From positions 576,001-640,000 of the forward strand of contig CAWAMW010000002.1 in NCBI GenBank assembly GCA_963783305.1: a stretch of DNA of 64,000 nucleotides. The letters run 5' to 3'. Made by a program: the position numbers and the translations under genes. The notes under the pieces are model-generated. The model ran no database searches, had not been told where the DNA came from, and was given only the letters and a program-made list of their open reading frames with translations. Source of the DNA: an uncultured Gemmatimonadales bacterium. Lineage in GTDB: Bacteria > Gemmatimonadota > Gemmatimonadetes > Longimicrobiales > RSA9. Below, in pieces: positions 1-10,090 of the stretch (the first letter of the stretch is position 1; every line of letters begins with the position of its first letter).

Positions 1-201
1 GTTCAGGAAGACCACGTCCAGGGCGAAGCACATTCCGAACATGTGCACCCCCTGGCACGGGCTCAGCAGGAGCCCTTCCCCGGGCTCCAGCCGAGCGGAG
101 AACAGCAGCCCGCGGGCCCGCGACCACACCCGGTCCGCGATCCGCACCTGCCCGCCGAGGACCGTTCCCCGCGTCCGGTTCACCACCTGGATGGGCGTCA
201 T
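1..201 (-). CDS. DUF192 family protein (3' end beyond window edge)
   Basis: Not in the ORF track. Manual translation from ATG 201 (TGATG overlap with the tadC stop): [33 protein letters not shown]...EGLLLSPCQGVHMFGMCFALDVVFLN, a DUF192-type pattern commonly found in tad loci. Confidence 0.8.
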   Translation of the reverse strand, partial: MTPIQVVNRTRGTVLGGQVRIADRVWSRARGLLFSARLEPGEGLLLSPCQGVHMFGMCFALDVVFLN

Positions 202-1133
202 CACCTGCCCAGCTCGGCGAAGGTCTCGAAGATCTGGATGAACCCGGGGCCGATCAGCACCACCATCAGCGCCGGGAAGATGAAAAGGACCAGTGGGAAG
301 ACCATCTTGATGGTGGTCTTCGCGGCGGCCTCCTCCGCCCGCTGCCGGCGCTTGTCGCGCACGGTCTCGGAGTGGACCCGGAGCGCGTGGGCAATGGAGG
401 TACCGAACCGGTCGGCCTGGATGAGCATCATGGAGAGCGCCCGGATGTCCTCCACGCCCGTGCGTGTGGCCAGGTTCCGGAGCGCCTCGTCCCGGGCTCC
501 GCCGGCCCGGATCTCCAGGTTGAGGAGGCGGAGCTCCTCGGCGGTGATGGGGCTCAGGGGCGCGCTCTCCTGCGCGATCCGGACGAACGCCTGGTTCAAT
601 GCCATCCCGCCCTCCACGCAGACCACCAGGAGGTCCAGCACGTCCGGCAGCGCCAGCGTGATCTCCTTCTGCCGCGCCCGGGCCTTCCTCCGGACCACCA
701 GGACCGGACCGTAGTAGCCGACAACGCCCAGGTAGAGGGCGATGATCGTGGCGGCGAAGGTGCCGGCGCCAAGAAGCGGGCTCGTGATGGCTGCGATTGT
801 GGCCAGGCCGAGGCCCAGGGTGGCGCGCAGCCCCCAGTACGTCGCCGGCGCCCCCGTCTTGCGGTAGCCCGCCTGAATCAGCAGTTCCCGGGCACCGTCC
901 GTGTCGGTCGGCTGCCCCCTGATCTGGCGCCCCACGCCCTCCAGCACCTCCTGCAGCCGGTCGCGCTGCCGCTTTCGGCGGCGGCGCTCCACCCGCGCAC
1001 TGCCCGCGTGCAGGGCCGCCACTTCCTCCACGCGCCGGGTGACCTCCGGAGACCGGGCCGGGACGAGCTCCACGATCAGGAGTACGGCGAGACCCGCGGC
1101 GACGGCGATGGCGACAGCGAAGAAGAGGGTCAT
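201..1133 (-). CDS. tadC: Tad pilus inner-membrane platform protein TadC (T2SS F family)
   Basis: [15 protein letters not shown]...[17 protein letters not shown]...[23 protein letters not shown]; lies directly after tadB. Confidence 0.93.
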   Translation of the reverse strand: MTLFFAVAIAVAAGLAVLLIVELVPARSPEVTRRVEEVAALHAGSARVERRRRKRQRDRLQEVLEGVGRQIRGQPTDTDGARELLIQAGYRKTGAPATYWGLRATLGLGLATIAAITSPLLGAGTFAATIIALYLGVVGYYGPVLVVRRKARARQKEITLALPDVLDLLVVCVEGGMALNQAFVRIAQESAPLSPITAEELRLLNLEIRAGGARDEALRNLATRTGVEDIRALSMMLIQADRFGTSIAHALRVHSETVRDKRRQRAEEAAAKTTIKMVFPLVLFIFPALMVVLIGPGFIQIFETFAELGR

Positions 1134-1135
1134 GG

Positions 1136-2113
1136 TCAGATCTCGATGGCCACGATCTTACGGATCCACAGGTATCCGAAGATCTGCAGCGTGATGGCGG
1201 CGCCGAGCATCATCCGGCCCATGGGGTGCTCGAACAGAATCCGCATGTAGTCGGGATTCAGCGCATAGAAGAGGAGGCCGGCCACTATGGGCAGGGCGCC
1301 CACCGCCATGCCGGTCATTCGGCCCTGCGCGGTATAGGTCCGGAGCTGCCGCTGGATCTTGAACCGCGACCGCACCATGGCGGAGATGTTGTCCAGGATC
1401 TCCGCCAGGTTGCCGCCGACCTCCCGCTGGACCAGGAGCGCCGTGGTGAAGATCCTGACGTCCACCAGGTCGATACGATCCACCAGCCCCATGAGGACAT
1501 CGTGGAACGGCGAGCCGAAGCGGAGCTCCTCGAACATGCGACGGAACTCCGCACCCACCGGGTCGGGGATCTCCTGTCCCACCATCTGCATCCCCGCGGA
1601 CACCGGGTGTCCCGCCCGGATGGCGCGGCCCAGCATGTCCACCGCCTCGGGGAAGAGCTCCTCGAACCGCTGGAGCCGCCGCGTGCGCTTGCGGGCCACC
1701 ACCATGTACGGCACCGCGGCCGCAACGAGGGCCAGCAGGAGCGCGAACAACAACCCTCGGTCCAGGAGCAGCCCGGCCAGCAGCCCGGCCAGGGCGGCGC
1801 CCAGCGTGAGCAGGAGGAAGTTCCTGGCCGACCACGAGAGGCCCGCGTTCTCCAGCAACCGCGGCAGGTCCGCGAGCTGCGGGATCCGGGCCGCCACCGA
1901 CTCCAGCACCCCCGGTGCGCCATCGCGCGCTTCCCGGAACAATCCGGGTCGCTGCTCCGACGAGCTCTCGTCTCCGTCCACCAGCTCCGTCACCCGCTGC
2001 TGGACGCGACGCCGAGAGCTCCACCCCCGCAGATCCTCCAGGAGGATGAAGAGGGCCACGCTGCCGGCGGCGACCCCCACGAACACCAGGAGCGCCGAAA
2101 TCCAGGGCGTCAT
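1136..2113 (-). CDS. tadB: Tad pilus inner-membrane protein TadB
   Basis: [16 protein letters not shown]...[15 protein letters not shown]...TAQGRMTG; lies after the ATPase. Confidence 0.93.
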   Translation of the reverse strand: MTPWISALLVFVGVAAGSVALFILLEDLRGWSSRRRVQQRVTELVDGDESSSEQRPGLFREARDGAPGVLESVAARIPQLADLPRLLENAGLSWSARNFLLLTLGAALAGLLAGLLLDRGLLFALLLALVAAAVPYMVVARKRTRRLQRFEELFPEAVDMLGRAIRAGHPVSAGMQMVGQEIPDPVGAEFRRMFEELRFGSPFHDVLMGLVDRIDLVDVRIFTTALLVQREVGGNLAEILDNISAMVRSRFKIQRQLRTYTAQGRMTGMAVGALPIVAGLLFYALNPDYMRILFEHPMGRMMLGAAITLQIFGYLWIRKIVAIEI

Positions 2114-3534
2114 GGCCGCTCCTCCCGCCGACGCGGACCCGGCCGCGGCCCGAGGGCCAGGGGCACGAACTCCGCCTCATCGTCCAGCGGGTGCTCCTGG
2201 TTCGTGAACAGCAGCTCGCCCAGGTTGATCCCGTGGACCTTGAGCCGGTCGGCGAACTTCGGCCGGATCCCGGTGGAGCGGAATCGGCCCACCACGTACC
2301 CCTCCTCGTCGATCCCCTCCCGCTCGAACGTGAAGATCTCCTGCATGGTGATGACGTCGGCCTCCATCCCCACGATCTCCGAGATCGAGATGACCTTGCG
2401 CGTCCCGTCCGACAGCCGACTGACCTGGATCACCACGTCGATGGCGGACGCGACCTGCTGCCGCATGGCGCGCTCCGGCAGCCGGAGGTTGGCCATGGAA
2501 ATCATGGTCTCCAGCCGACTGAGGGCGTCACGGGGAGAGTTCGCGTGGAGGGTGGTGAGAGAGCCGTCATGGCCGGTGTTCATGGCCTGGAGCATGTCCA
2601 CAGCCTCGCCGCCCCGCACCTCGCCCACGATGATCCGGTCCGGCCGCATCCGCAGCGCGTTGATCAGCAGCAGCCGCTGCGTCACCTCGCCCCGACCCTC
2701 GATGTTCGCCGGCCGCGTCTCCAGCCGCACCACGTGCGGCTGCCGCATCTGAAGCTCGGCCGAGTCCTCGATGGTGATGATCCGCTCCGTCGGCGGGATG
2801 TACGAGCTGAGCACGTTCAGCAGCGTCGTCTTCCCGGCGCCCGTCCCGCCCGAGATAAGCACGTTGAGCCGCGCCTGCACGATCCCTCGCAGCAGCTCGA
2901 GCATCGGCTCCGTCACGCTGTCGTAGCGGAGCAGGTCGTCGCCCGAGAGCGTATCGCGCATGAACTTCCGGATGGACAGGTGGGGCCCATCGATGGCCAG
3001 CGGCGGGATGATGGCGTTCACCCGCGAGCCGTCGGGGAGGCGCGCGTCCACCATGGGCGAGGAGTCGTCGATGCGGCGGCCCACGGCGGACACGATGCGG
3101 TCGATGATCTGCATCAGGTGCTGGTCGTCCTTGAACCGGATCCGGGTGGGCTCGAGCCGTCCGTGCTTTTCCACCATGACCTGGTCGTACGCGTTCACCA
3201 GGATGTCGGCGACGTCCGGGTCCGCCATGAGCGGCTCCAGCGGTCCCAGCCCGAAGATCTCGTCCAGCACCTGCTGGGTCAGCTTCGTCCGCTCCTCCTG
3301 GTTGAGCGCCAGCCCCTCGCCCACCAGCAGGCTCTGGATCTCGGGGCGGATCGCCGCGGCGGCGTCATCCCGGCTGAGCCCGTCCAGGTTCGACAGGTTC
3401 AGCCGCTCCAGCAGCTTCCGGTGGATCCGACCCCGGACCTCCTCCATGCTCGGGCCCACGCCCGGCCCGGGATGGGAGCCGTTCTCCACGAGGGGTCGGA
3501 GAGCCTGCGGGTGGTCCTGACGCGTGTCTGTCAT
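2110..3534 (-). CDS. cpaF: Tad pilus assembly ATPase CpaF/TadA
   Basis: Walker [43 protein letters not shown]. Confidence 0.96.
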   Translation of the reverse strand: MTDTRQDHPQALRPLVENGSHPGPGVGPSMEEVRGRIHRKLLERLNLSNLDGLSRDDAAAAIRPEIQSLLVGEGLALNQEERTKLTQQVLDEIFGLGPLEPLMADPDVADILVNAYDQVMVEKHGRLEPTRIRFKDDQHLMQIIDRIVSAVGRRIDDSSPMVDARLPDGSRVNAIIPPLAIDGPHLSIRKFMRDTLSGDDLLRYDSVTEPMLELLRGIVQARLNVLISGGTGAGKTTLLNVLSSYIPPTERIITIEDSAELQMRQPHVVRLETRPANIEGRGEVTQRLLLINALRMRPDRIIVGEVRGGEAVDMLQAMNTGHDGSLTTLHANSPRDALSRLETMISMANLRLPERAMRQQVASAIDVVIQVSRLSDGTRKVISISEIVGMEADVITMQEIFTFEREGIDEEGYVVGRFRSTGIRPKFADRLKVHGINLGELLFTNQEHPLDDEAEFVPLALGPRPGPRRREERP

Positions 3535-3550
3535 CGATCCGTCCTCTCCG

Positions 3551-4819
3551 TCACCGCGCCAGGCGCGTCTTGATCCGATCCAGGAGCCCGCTGGCCGGCT
3601 CGGCGGCCTCGGGGTCCACCGACTTCGCCAGCTCCAGCCCCAGGGCCTTCACGTCGTGGCTGTAGGGCGAGCGGCTGCCGTTCAGGACGATGGGCACCCC
3701 CACGTTCACCGAGTGCACCACCGGGTCCTCGTCCCGCCGCAGCGTGAACGCCACGGGCAGGTCCAGCGCTTTCCGCACGTCCTCCGTACCGATCTCCCCC
3801 GCGCCCACGAACCGGTTCAGCAGGAGCCGGAGCTCCGGCTCGCCCTGCGTCTCCATGGCGCTCCGGATGTGGGGCAGGATCCTGCGTGCGTTGCGAAGCG
3901 AGGGCAGGTCGGCGCCGAGGATCAGGAACAGCTCGTCGGCCTGCTCGACCACGGCACGGCCCACAGGTGAGAGGGGACGGGCAAGATCGACGACGGTCAG
4001 CGGGTAGTGCTGGCGGAGTAGGCGGAACACCGTCCGCATCTGCTCCGGCTGGACCGCGTCGGCTCCCGCCACCTCCAGTGGAGAGGGCAGCACGTGGAGG
4101 CCTGAGCTGTGCTTCGTGATGAGAGACGCCAGCAGGCTCTCGTCCAGTCGGTGCAGGTTCTCGATGAGGTCCAGCACGCTGTAGCGGGCCGAGACACCCG
4201 TGAGGACGGCCGCGCTTCCGCCGTCCAGGTCCATGTCCAGGAGCAGCACCCTGCGAGCGGTGACCCGCGCGGCGTGACCGGCGGCATTCACCGCCGCCGT
4301 GCTCACACCTGTCCCGCCCTTCGCGCCGGTGAACACCACCACCCGGCCGGCGGGTGCGCTCACGGGCCCGCGCCCCAGCTTCTTCCCCGCCCGTCGCAGC
4401 GCCTCTGACAGCTCGCGGGCGCCCACCGGCGTCGGCAGGTACTCGGAGATGCCTGCCCGCATGGCCTCCATGAGCAGCCCCTGCGCCAGCTCCGGCCCGC
4501 AGCCCACGAAGATCCGGGAAGGCCGGGCATCGGAGAGGAGCCGAAGGAACCGGAGCGCCGAGGCGGGGTCCGTGCCGAAGTCCGCGATGACCAGCTCCGG
4601 GTCCTTCTCATGGAGCAGCTCCAGAGCCTCGTCGTCGAGCCGGCCCGCCGGAGAGGGCACGTCAGCGACCACCGTGACCAATGCCGGCAGGTCCCGCAGC
4701 GCGTCGGCCACCGCCTCCCGGAGGTCCCGGTTTGCCGAGATCACCGCGGTCCTCACCTTCGGATCCATCATCTGCTTCCCATCCATTCCGGTCACCTCGG
4801 TGCTTGCCCCCGTCCCCAC
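3551..4819 (-). CDS. cpaE: CpaE/TadZ (receiver-like domain plus degenerate ParA/MinD ATPase)
   Basis: N-terminal receiver-like region ([10 protein letters not shown]) and deviant P-loop [10 protein letters not shown]; typical position in the locus. Start uncertain. Confidence 0.85.
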   Translation of the reverse strand: MGTGASTEVTGMDGKQMMDPKVRTAVISANRDLREAVADALRDLPALVTVVADVPSPAGRLDDEALELLHEKDPELVIADFGTDPASALRFLRLLSDARPSRIFVGCGPELAQGLLMEAMRAGISEYLPTPVGARELSEALRRAGKKLGRGPVSAPAGRVVVFTGAKGGTGVSTAAVNAAGHAARVTARRVLLLDMDLDGGSAAVLTGVSARYSVLDLIENLHRLDESLLASLITKHSSGLHVLPSPLEVAGADAVQPEQMRTVFRLLRQHYPLTVVDLARPLSPVGRAVVEQADELFLILGADLPSLRNARRILPHIRSAMETQGEPELRLLLNRFVGAGEIGTEDVRKALDLPVAFTLRRDEDPVVHSVNVGVPIVLNGSRSPYSHDVKALGLELAKSVDPEAAEPASGLLDRIKTRLAR

Positions 4820-4826
4820 ATCACCG

Positions 4827-6098
4827 CTACTCGACCAGACGGAGCAGCTTCTGAAGGGTCCCCGCGCCCGGCCCGGGCGTCCCCGCCCCGTACTTGATCA
4901 GCCTGCCGGAGATCGGCAGCTTGAAGTTCTGGTTGCCCTGGTCGCCGTAGATATCCGTGGGATTCTCCAGGAACAGGGTGGCAATGTCCGCCACCCGCAT
5001 GGTGTGGCTGCTCCCCGAGCTGATGTCCCCGGGGTGCACGAGAAGCACCTGGAAGACCCTGGGGCTGTCCCAGATCGAACGGTGGGGCTCCTCGGGATAG
5101 TGAGGGATGCCGTTCGCCTCATCCCACTCGATGTCCCCATCCCCACCCTGCTCCGGATCCCAGAGCTGCTTGATGGCCTCGTATACGGGATTCCCGATGC
5201 TCCCCGTCTGCGGATCGGCTTCGACGACCGATCCCACCCCCAGAGTCTGCAGGTCAATGCAGCCCGCAATGGCATCCGTCAGGTCACTGGCCCCGCTGCT
5301 CCCGGGCATCTTCCAGTACTGGTACCAGCCCGGCGTGCCCGTCCCCTGCGCGCTCTGCGGCGTGATGAGGATCCGAGCCCCGTTGTCCCTGTTCTCTCCG
5401 TCGGCCCACGTGCTGCCCCAGCTCGTGGCGACCGCGGGGTCGGGCCAGGCCGGCGTCGTCCCCATCTCGTTCAGGGGCCGATACTGATCCACCCCCTCCT
5501 CGAAGGTCCAGATTTCGTTCGGGGAGCAGCCGCTGCCGTTGCACGGGATCTCGATGTTGAAATCCATGAGCTGGTCCCCGTTGTAGTCCTGCACCGGATC
5601 GGTGGAGCCCTCTTCCCACCGGTCGGGAATGGCGAACGGCTTGACGCACCGGCTCGAGGCGGCCGCGGAAGCCTCCGCGGCTGCCACGGCGCCCACCGTC
5701 ATCTCGTTGATCCCGAGGATACCAGCGAAGAAGGTGGGCAGCTCATCCCGCGTCACCGTGACCCGAACGCGCTGCTGGGCGTTGAGGACCTCGATCAGGA
5801 CGTCATCATCGGCCAGTATCCGCCCCCGGACCGCGTTCAGCGCCTGATACTCCCGGACCCGACTTATCGCTTCAGGTCCGAGGAGGGGATCCAGCGGGTC
5901 GGAATAGTCGAGGTACGCGCTGGCGCCGGCCAGCGAGAGCGCGTCGGCATACCGCTGGGCCTCCGCCTTCGCCGCGTACGCCATCCCCAGGTCCACCGTA
6001 AGCGCGGCGAAGCCCAGGAAGACCACCATCCCGAGCGCCACCAGCACGAGGACGGCGCCCTCGCGGTCGCTACGGATACGGCGGCGGATCGTGCGCAT
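4827..6098 (-). CDS. tadG: TadG-like pilus assembly protein
   Basis: Prepilin-like N-terminus DREGAVLVLVALGMVVFLGFAALTVDLG...AQRYADALSLAGA, followed by CVKPFAIPD. Confidence 0.8.
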   Translation of the reverse strand: MRTIRRRIRSDREGAVLVLVALGMVVFLGFAALTVDLGMAYAAKAEAQRYADALSLAGASAYLDYSDPLDPLLGPEAISRVREYQALNAVRGRILADDDVLIEVLNAQQRVRVTVTRDELPTFFAGILGINEMTVGAVAAAEASAAASSRCVKPFAIPDRWEEGSTDPVQDYNGDQLMDFNIEIPCNGSGCSPNEIWTFEEGVDQYRPLNEMGTTPAWPDPAVATSWGSTWADGENRDNGARILITPQSAQGTGTPGWYQYWKMPGSSGASDLTDAIAGCIDLQTLGVGSVVEADPQTGSIGNPVYEAIKQLWDPEQGGDGDIEWDEANGIPHYPEEPHRSIWDSPRVFQVLLVHPGDISSGSSHTMRVADIATLFLENPTDIYGDQGNQNFKLPISGRLIKYGAGTPGPGAGTLQKLLRLVE

Positions 6099-6102
6099 GG
6101 GC

Positions 6103-7509
6103 CTATCTCCCTCCCCCGGTCGGGGGCTCGACGATGCGGCGCCCGAGGGGCGGCCGCAGCATGGTGTCGTTCAGAACGTCCGGCCGCGGCCACGTTTCCG
6201 GCTCCCCGGTCGGGATCGCCGGCGCGCCGTCGGTCGGCTCGACGAGGTAGGGCGTGACCACCACCAGCAGCTCGGTCTGGCGGTCGGTCTGCTGCGTGTT
6301 GCTGAAGAAGGTCCCGATGATGGGCAGCTGCCCCAGCAGCGGGATCTGGTCCTTGCTGTAGTCCTGCTGGTTGTCCAGCAGCCCGGCGATGGCCAGGTGC
6401 TCCCCGGGCTTCAGCTCCACCTGCGTGGATGCCCGGCGAGTCAGGACCAACGGGATCCGGAACCCGGCGAACTCCAGACCGTTGCCGAAGTCCAGCGAGC
6501 TCACCTCGGGCGCCACGAGCAGCCGGATGCTGCCGTCGTTGGTGACGTGGGGCACGAAGTTCAGCTTGATCCCGAACTCCTTCCACGCGATGGTCACCTG
6601 ATTGCTCTGCCCGCCCTGGACGGTGGGGAAGGGGAACTCGCCACCGGCCAGGAAGCTGGCTTCCTCGCCTTCCATGGCCATGAGGTTCGGCTCGGCCAGG
6701 CTCTTGAAGTGGCCCCTGGAGCGGAGCGCGGTGAAGACCGCGTCGAGGGATGCGCCGTTGTCGCCCAGGAGGAAGAGCCGGACCAGACCGGAGGAGAGCG
6801 TCTCGATGTCCAGCGTGCCGATCTCCTCGACGTCCTGGTAGTCCTGGGGGTTGTGGAGGAACAGGTCGGACCCCAGCTCCTTCATCGCCGTACGGTTCAC
6901 CTCGGCGAAGCGCACGTGCAGCAGGATCTGGTGCGCCGACGGCGCGTTCATGTTGTTGATGACCGTGGCGCCCGTGGTCTGGACGATCTCCAGGATCCGG
7001 CGGGCCGTGGTGGCGTCCCGGATCGTTCCGCTCACCACAACCGACTCACCGGTGGCGGAGATGCGCACGTCCGCGGCCGGGAAGAGCGTCCGGATCTCCC
7101 GTTCCATCGCCGCGATATCCGGCGTCACTTCGATGGTGAAGAGGGACACCCGCTGCGCCTGGTCCCAGACGAAGAGGCTGGTGGTGCCGACGGTGAGCCC
7201 GTTCACCACGATCTCACGGGGCGAGATCACCACCGCGTCCGCCACCTCCGGATCCCCGAGGGACACCCGCTCGGCCGGCGCCCGCATGGTGATGAGCGCG
7301 GACGTGCCGCGTCCCACCGTCACCGTTCGCTCCGGCTGCGTCAGGACCTGCTGGGCGGTAGCGGACGCCGGCGCCAGCACCAGCAGGGCGCCCAGCAGCG
7401 TCGCCGCGCCCGCCATCCACGTCTTTACCATTCGAAGCCTCGTCGGTTTGGTTGAGCCTGGACCCGCGGGTCCCGGCGGCGTTCTCTCGCCCTGCCGTGA
7501 GTCGTTCAT
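6103..7509 (-). CDS. cpaC: Tad secretin CpaC/RcpA
   Basis: QILLHVRFAEVNR, LAEPNLMAMEGEEASFLAGGEFPFP, IPLLGQLPIIGTFF, TELLVVVTP. Confidence 0.93.
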   Translation of the reverse strand: MNDSRQGERTPPGPAGPGSTKPTRLRMVKTWMAGAATLLGALLVLAPASATAQQVLTQPERTVTVGRGTSALITMRAPAERVSLGDPEVADAVVISPREIVVNGLTVGTTSLFVWDQAQRVSLFTIEVTPDIAAMEREIRTLFPAADVRISATGESVVVSGTIRDATTARRILEIVQTTGATVINNMNAPSAHQILLHVRFAEVNRTAMKELGSDLFLHNPQDYQDVEEIGTLDIETLSSGLVRLFLLGDNGASLDAVFTALRSRGHFKSLAEPNLMAMEGEEASFLAGGEFPFPTVQGGQSNQVTIAWKEFGIKLNFVPHVTNDGSIRLLVAPEVSSLDFGNGLEFAGFRIPLVLTRRASTQVELKPGEHLAIAGLLDNQQDYSKDQIPLLGQLPIIGTFFSNTQQTDRQTELLVVVTPYLVEPTDGAPAIPTGEPETWPRPDVLNDTMLRPPLGRRIVEPPTGGGR

Positions 7510-8324
7510 CAGAAGCGCTGGATCGAGCGCGTGCCGCCGCGATAGACTTCCACCACGCCGGACGGCCGGGCGGCGGTCGCGGACGCCCGCGCCGGCGCCG
7601 CTCCGCTCCGGCGGGCGGTCCCCGCCCCCAGCAGCCCAGCCGTGCGCGCGCCCGGAGTATCCACCTCCTCCATGTCGAGCATGTTGCGGAGCGACAGCTG
7701 CACCCGCCCCCGCCGCGTGGCCAGCGAGAGCCGCTCGGCCTGCGCCGGGTCCAGCAGCAGCGTCACCACGTTCTCCAGGATCGGCTCACCCTCGTCCGTC
7801 CGCTGCGATACCTGCCCGGCCGTGAGAACGGTGATGTTCTGCAGGATCGTCTTCGTCACCGGGTCGGACCGGTCCTGCTCGAGCGTCAGGAGCACGTCCA
7901 CTCGCGTGCCCGGGATCACGAACCCCGCCACCCCCACTACCTGGTCCACCGAGATGCTCATGGCCCGCTTCCCTTCCGGGATCACGATGGGCAGCCCACC
8001 GCCCGACCCCGGCTCCGCCAGCCGCGTGGCCAGGAACGGCTCGTTCGTCCTCATGTCCCGGATCAACCCCCGGCCGATCACGTCCTCCGGATGGTTGAAG
8101 TAGCCGGCGGGCACGTCGCCGCCCGGCCACTCGATCAGCCGCACGTCCTCCACGCTCACCAGCGCGCCCACCGGCAGGTCCCGGGCGGCGACCGCCAGGA
8201 GGATCTTCCGGGTGGGCGCGGCCTCCGACACCGGCCGCGACGCGGCCAGTCGCAGAGTGGTGAAGCCCGCGGCTCCCGCCACGACCAGCGCGAGCACCAG
8301 GACGAAAAGTCGGTTTCTACGCAT
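7509..8324 (-). CDS. cpaB: Flp pilus assembly protein CpaB/RcpC
   Basis: SAF domain (VAARDLPVG) and IPEGKRAMSISVDQVVGVAGFVIPGTRVDV. Confidence 0.93.
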   Translation of the reverse strand: MRRNRLFVLVLALVVAGAAGFTTLRLAASRPVSEAAPTRKILLAVAARDLPVGALVSVEDVRLIEWPGGDVPAGYFNHPEDVIGRGLIRDMRTNEPFLATRLAEPGSGGGLPIVIPEGKRAMSISVDQVVGVAGFVIPGTRVDVLLTLEQDRSDPVTKTILQNITVLTAGQVSQRTDEGEPILENVVTLLLDPAQAERLSLATRRGRVQLSLRNMLDMEEVDTPGARTAGLLGAGTARRSGAAPARASATAARPSGVVEVYRGGTRSIQRF

Positions 8325-8348
8325 CGGTCATACAGCTCCCGGCCAAGC

Positions 8349-8795
8349 TCACTCGGCCCGCATGGTGTAGGTGCTCACCAGATTGATCTCTTCCATCCCT
8401 GCGGCCCAACCGAGCAGCGGACCGATGAAGAGGAAGTCGAACGTGTGGTCGAGCGTCACAGTCACAGGAGTCCCGCGGACCGGCTCGGTCATCGGCGAGA
8501 ACGCGATGGTCGTGGCTGTGGTGTCCACGCTTGCGGCCCACAAACGCTCCTGGATCACAAGGGTGGCTTCGGCGACGCCAATGTCCGGGTCGTGCACCAC
8601 CACCATCCGCAGCCCCTCCCGGGCCGCATCGGCCACGGCGTGGCTGGCCGACCACGCCCGGGCGAAATCGATCAGCCCGAAGACAATGATCAGCAGGAGC
8701 GGCAGGACCAGCGCGAATTCGACCAGCGACTGGCCGGAACGGCGGCCCGCGCCCGCCCGCAGTGGAAGCTCGCGCAGCCTGCCATGCCGGATCAT
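8349..8795 (-). CDS. tadE: TadE-family pseudopilin
   Basis: ATG 8795 overlaps the cpaA stop; GQSLVEFALVLPLLLIIVFGLIDFA...AAREGLR. Confidence 0.88.
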   Translation of the reverse strand: MIRHGRLRELPLRAGAGRRSGQSLVEFALVLPLLLIIVFGLIDFARAWSASHAVADAAREGLRMVVVHDPDIGVAEATLVIQERLWAASVDTTATTIAFSPMTEPVRGTPVTVTLDHTFDFLFIGPLLGWAAGMEEINLVSTYTMRAE

Positions 8796-9334
8796 GAGAG
8801 TATCCACTCCGCCCACGGCGTGAACTGCGTGGCGAGGGCACCAACGGCGATGGCCACGCCGTACGGCACCGTGATGCGTTCCGAGTCGCCCAGAGCTGCG
8901 CGATGGCCCTTTCGGCCCAGGGTGACCCCGTACTTCAGGAGCCCGCCCGTCATCACGGCGGCCTCCATGGACTGCCGCCGCCACAGGACCACCGTTATCG
9001 CCAGTACACCGCCGCCCACGGCCGCCGCGAGCAGGTAGGGCACCAGCTGCTCCAGCCCCACGAACGCACCGCCCACCATCAGGAACTTGGCGTCGCCGCC
9101 CCCGAACGCGCCGATGGCGAAACCGCCGAAGCCCAGAACGAACGCCGCACCTGCGGCGGCCAGCGACGCCAGGAGACCGCTCGCGCCTCCCGCCGCGAAG
9201 GCCGCGGACGCCGCCAGCACGAGCCCCGCCAGCACCAGCCGGTTCGGGATCCGGTTGCTCCACGCGTCGGTCGCCGCGCCCGCCAGCAGCAGCGCCGCGG
9301 CCGAGGCGGTCAGGACGAGAACGAGAACGGTCAT
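8792..9334 (-). CDS. cpaA: Prepilin peptidase CpaA/TadV (A24 family)
   Basis: TDAWSNRIPN, FGGGDAKFL and VPYGVAIA motifs; strongly hydrophobic. Confidence 0.9.
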   Translation of the reverse strand: MTVLVLVLTASAAALLLAGAATDAWSNRIPNRLVLAGLVLAASAAFAAGGASGLLASLAAAGAAFVLGFGGFAIGAFGGGDAKFLMVGGAFVGLEQLVPYLLAAAVGGGVLAITVVLWRRQSMEAAVMTGGLLKYGVTLGRKGHRAALGDSERITVPYGVAIAVGALATQFTPWAEWILS

Positions 9335-9342
9335 CTTCTTCC

Positions 9343-9504
9343 TCAGAAAGGCAGTCTCGCCACGATGTCCTGGTACACAGCCAGGAGGGCGTTGCCGAAC
9401 CCGCCCAGCGCCGCAACCAACGCCACGGCCATGAACGCCAGGATCACGGCGTATTCGGTGAGCCCCTGCCCTCGCTCATCCCGATACCAGTGTGGGATTA
9501 GGTT
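9343..9504 (-). pseudogene. Second Flp-family pilin lacking a canonical start codon
   Basis: Manual translation NLIPHWYRDERGQGLTEYAVILAFMAVALVAALGGFGNALLAVYQDIVARLPF*. The preceding in-frame codon is TAG (…GTCATAGAAC…), one base away from ATG AAC. Confidence 0.7.
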
Positions 9505-9544
9505 CTATGACCACGTCCGCTCCCGTTGGGGTGGCGGCGAAGAG

Positions 9545-9599
9545 GACGGTTCAGCCCGGCCACCCTTCCACACTGCGGGGGCGACCGGGGTGAACCGTC
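9545..9599 (-). terminator. Long stem-loop just downstream of the flp stop (terminator or mRNA-stabilising hairpin)
   Basis: Minus strand GACGGTTCA-C-CCCGGTCGCCC / GGGTGGCCGGG-C-TGAACCGTC: about 20 bp of stem with one mismatch, followed by a weak pyrimidine tail. Confidence 0.6.
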
Positions 9600-9605
9600 A
9601 CGCCA

Positions 9606-9785
9606 TCACGGGGTTGGGGCGTTGCCGAGTTCGGTCGTTGCGTTGGCGAAGGCGGTGGTGATGCCACCCTTGAGCGCTGTAAGGGCAACAACGAGTGCCA
9701 CGCTCACCAGCACGATGATCAGCGCGTACTCCACCAGCCCCTGGCCGGACTCGTCGTTCATGAACTGCTGGAAAAGCTCCTGCAT
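9606..9785 (-). CDS. flp: Flp family type IVb major pilin
   Basis: MQELFQQFMNDESG|QGLVEYALII (G-x4-EY Flp motif), with a GGAGG RBS. Confidence 0.95.
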   Translation of the reverse strand: MQELFQQFMNDESGQGLVEYALIIVLVSVALVVALTALKGGITTAFANATTELGNAPTP

Positions 9786-9953
9786 GGTTCCTCCCTGTCC
9801 CTGAGGGGACGTGAGTTGAGTTGGATCGTCCGGCGCGCCGGACTGAACGGAGACCATCCGTGCGGGGCCGATCGACCCCGACGAGGCAGGATTCTCTGCC
9901 CCTGGCTCACCTACCGTCGACTGCCCGATGGGTGGTACGCCGACCGTCCATCA

Positions 9954-9969
9954 TTCAACCCCCGTGCCC
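9954..9969 (-). promoter_or_regulatory. Candidate sigma-54 promoter of the flp-tad operon
   Basis: Minus strand GGGCACGGGGGTTGAA versus consensus TGGCACGNNNNTTGCW (GA instead of GC at -12); adjacent to a bEBP gene. Confidence 0.55.
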
Positions 9970-10044
9970 CAGGGTGCCACTGACACAAATCGTTGTGGCA
10001 CAATGGAATACGGCATATCTATGGCAGCAGGGAGGGGGTGTGGG

Positions 10045-10061
10045 TGTCGCACGGTGGGACA
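10045..10061. promoter_or_regulatory. Candidate enhancer (UAS) palindrome
   Basis: TGTCGCA-CGG-TGGGACA (TGT-N11-ACA), about 80-90 bp upstream of the -24 box. Confidence 0.4.
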
Positions 10062-10090
10062 GCCGCTGTTCCGCGGCAAACCGGCGGGGC

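Noticed and set aside
8349..9416. Apparent N-terminal extensions or fusions in the ORF track (also 19305..20939, 28079..29968, 29952..30773, 32075..33130, 36139..37218, 43460..44965, 59277..62096)
   Set aside because: The extensions overlap real neighbouring genes or promoters. Internal starts with an RBS or stop-start coupling fit family N-termini better.
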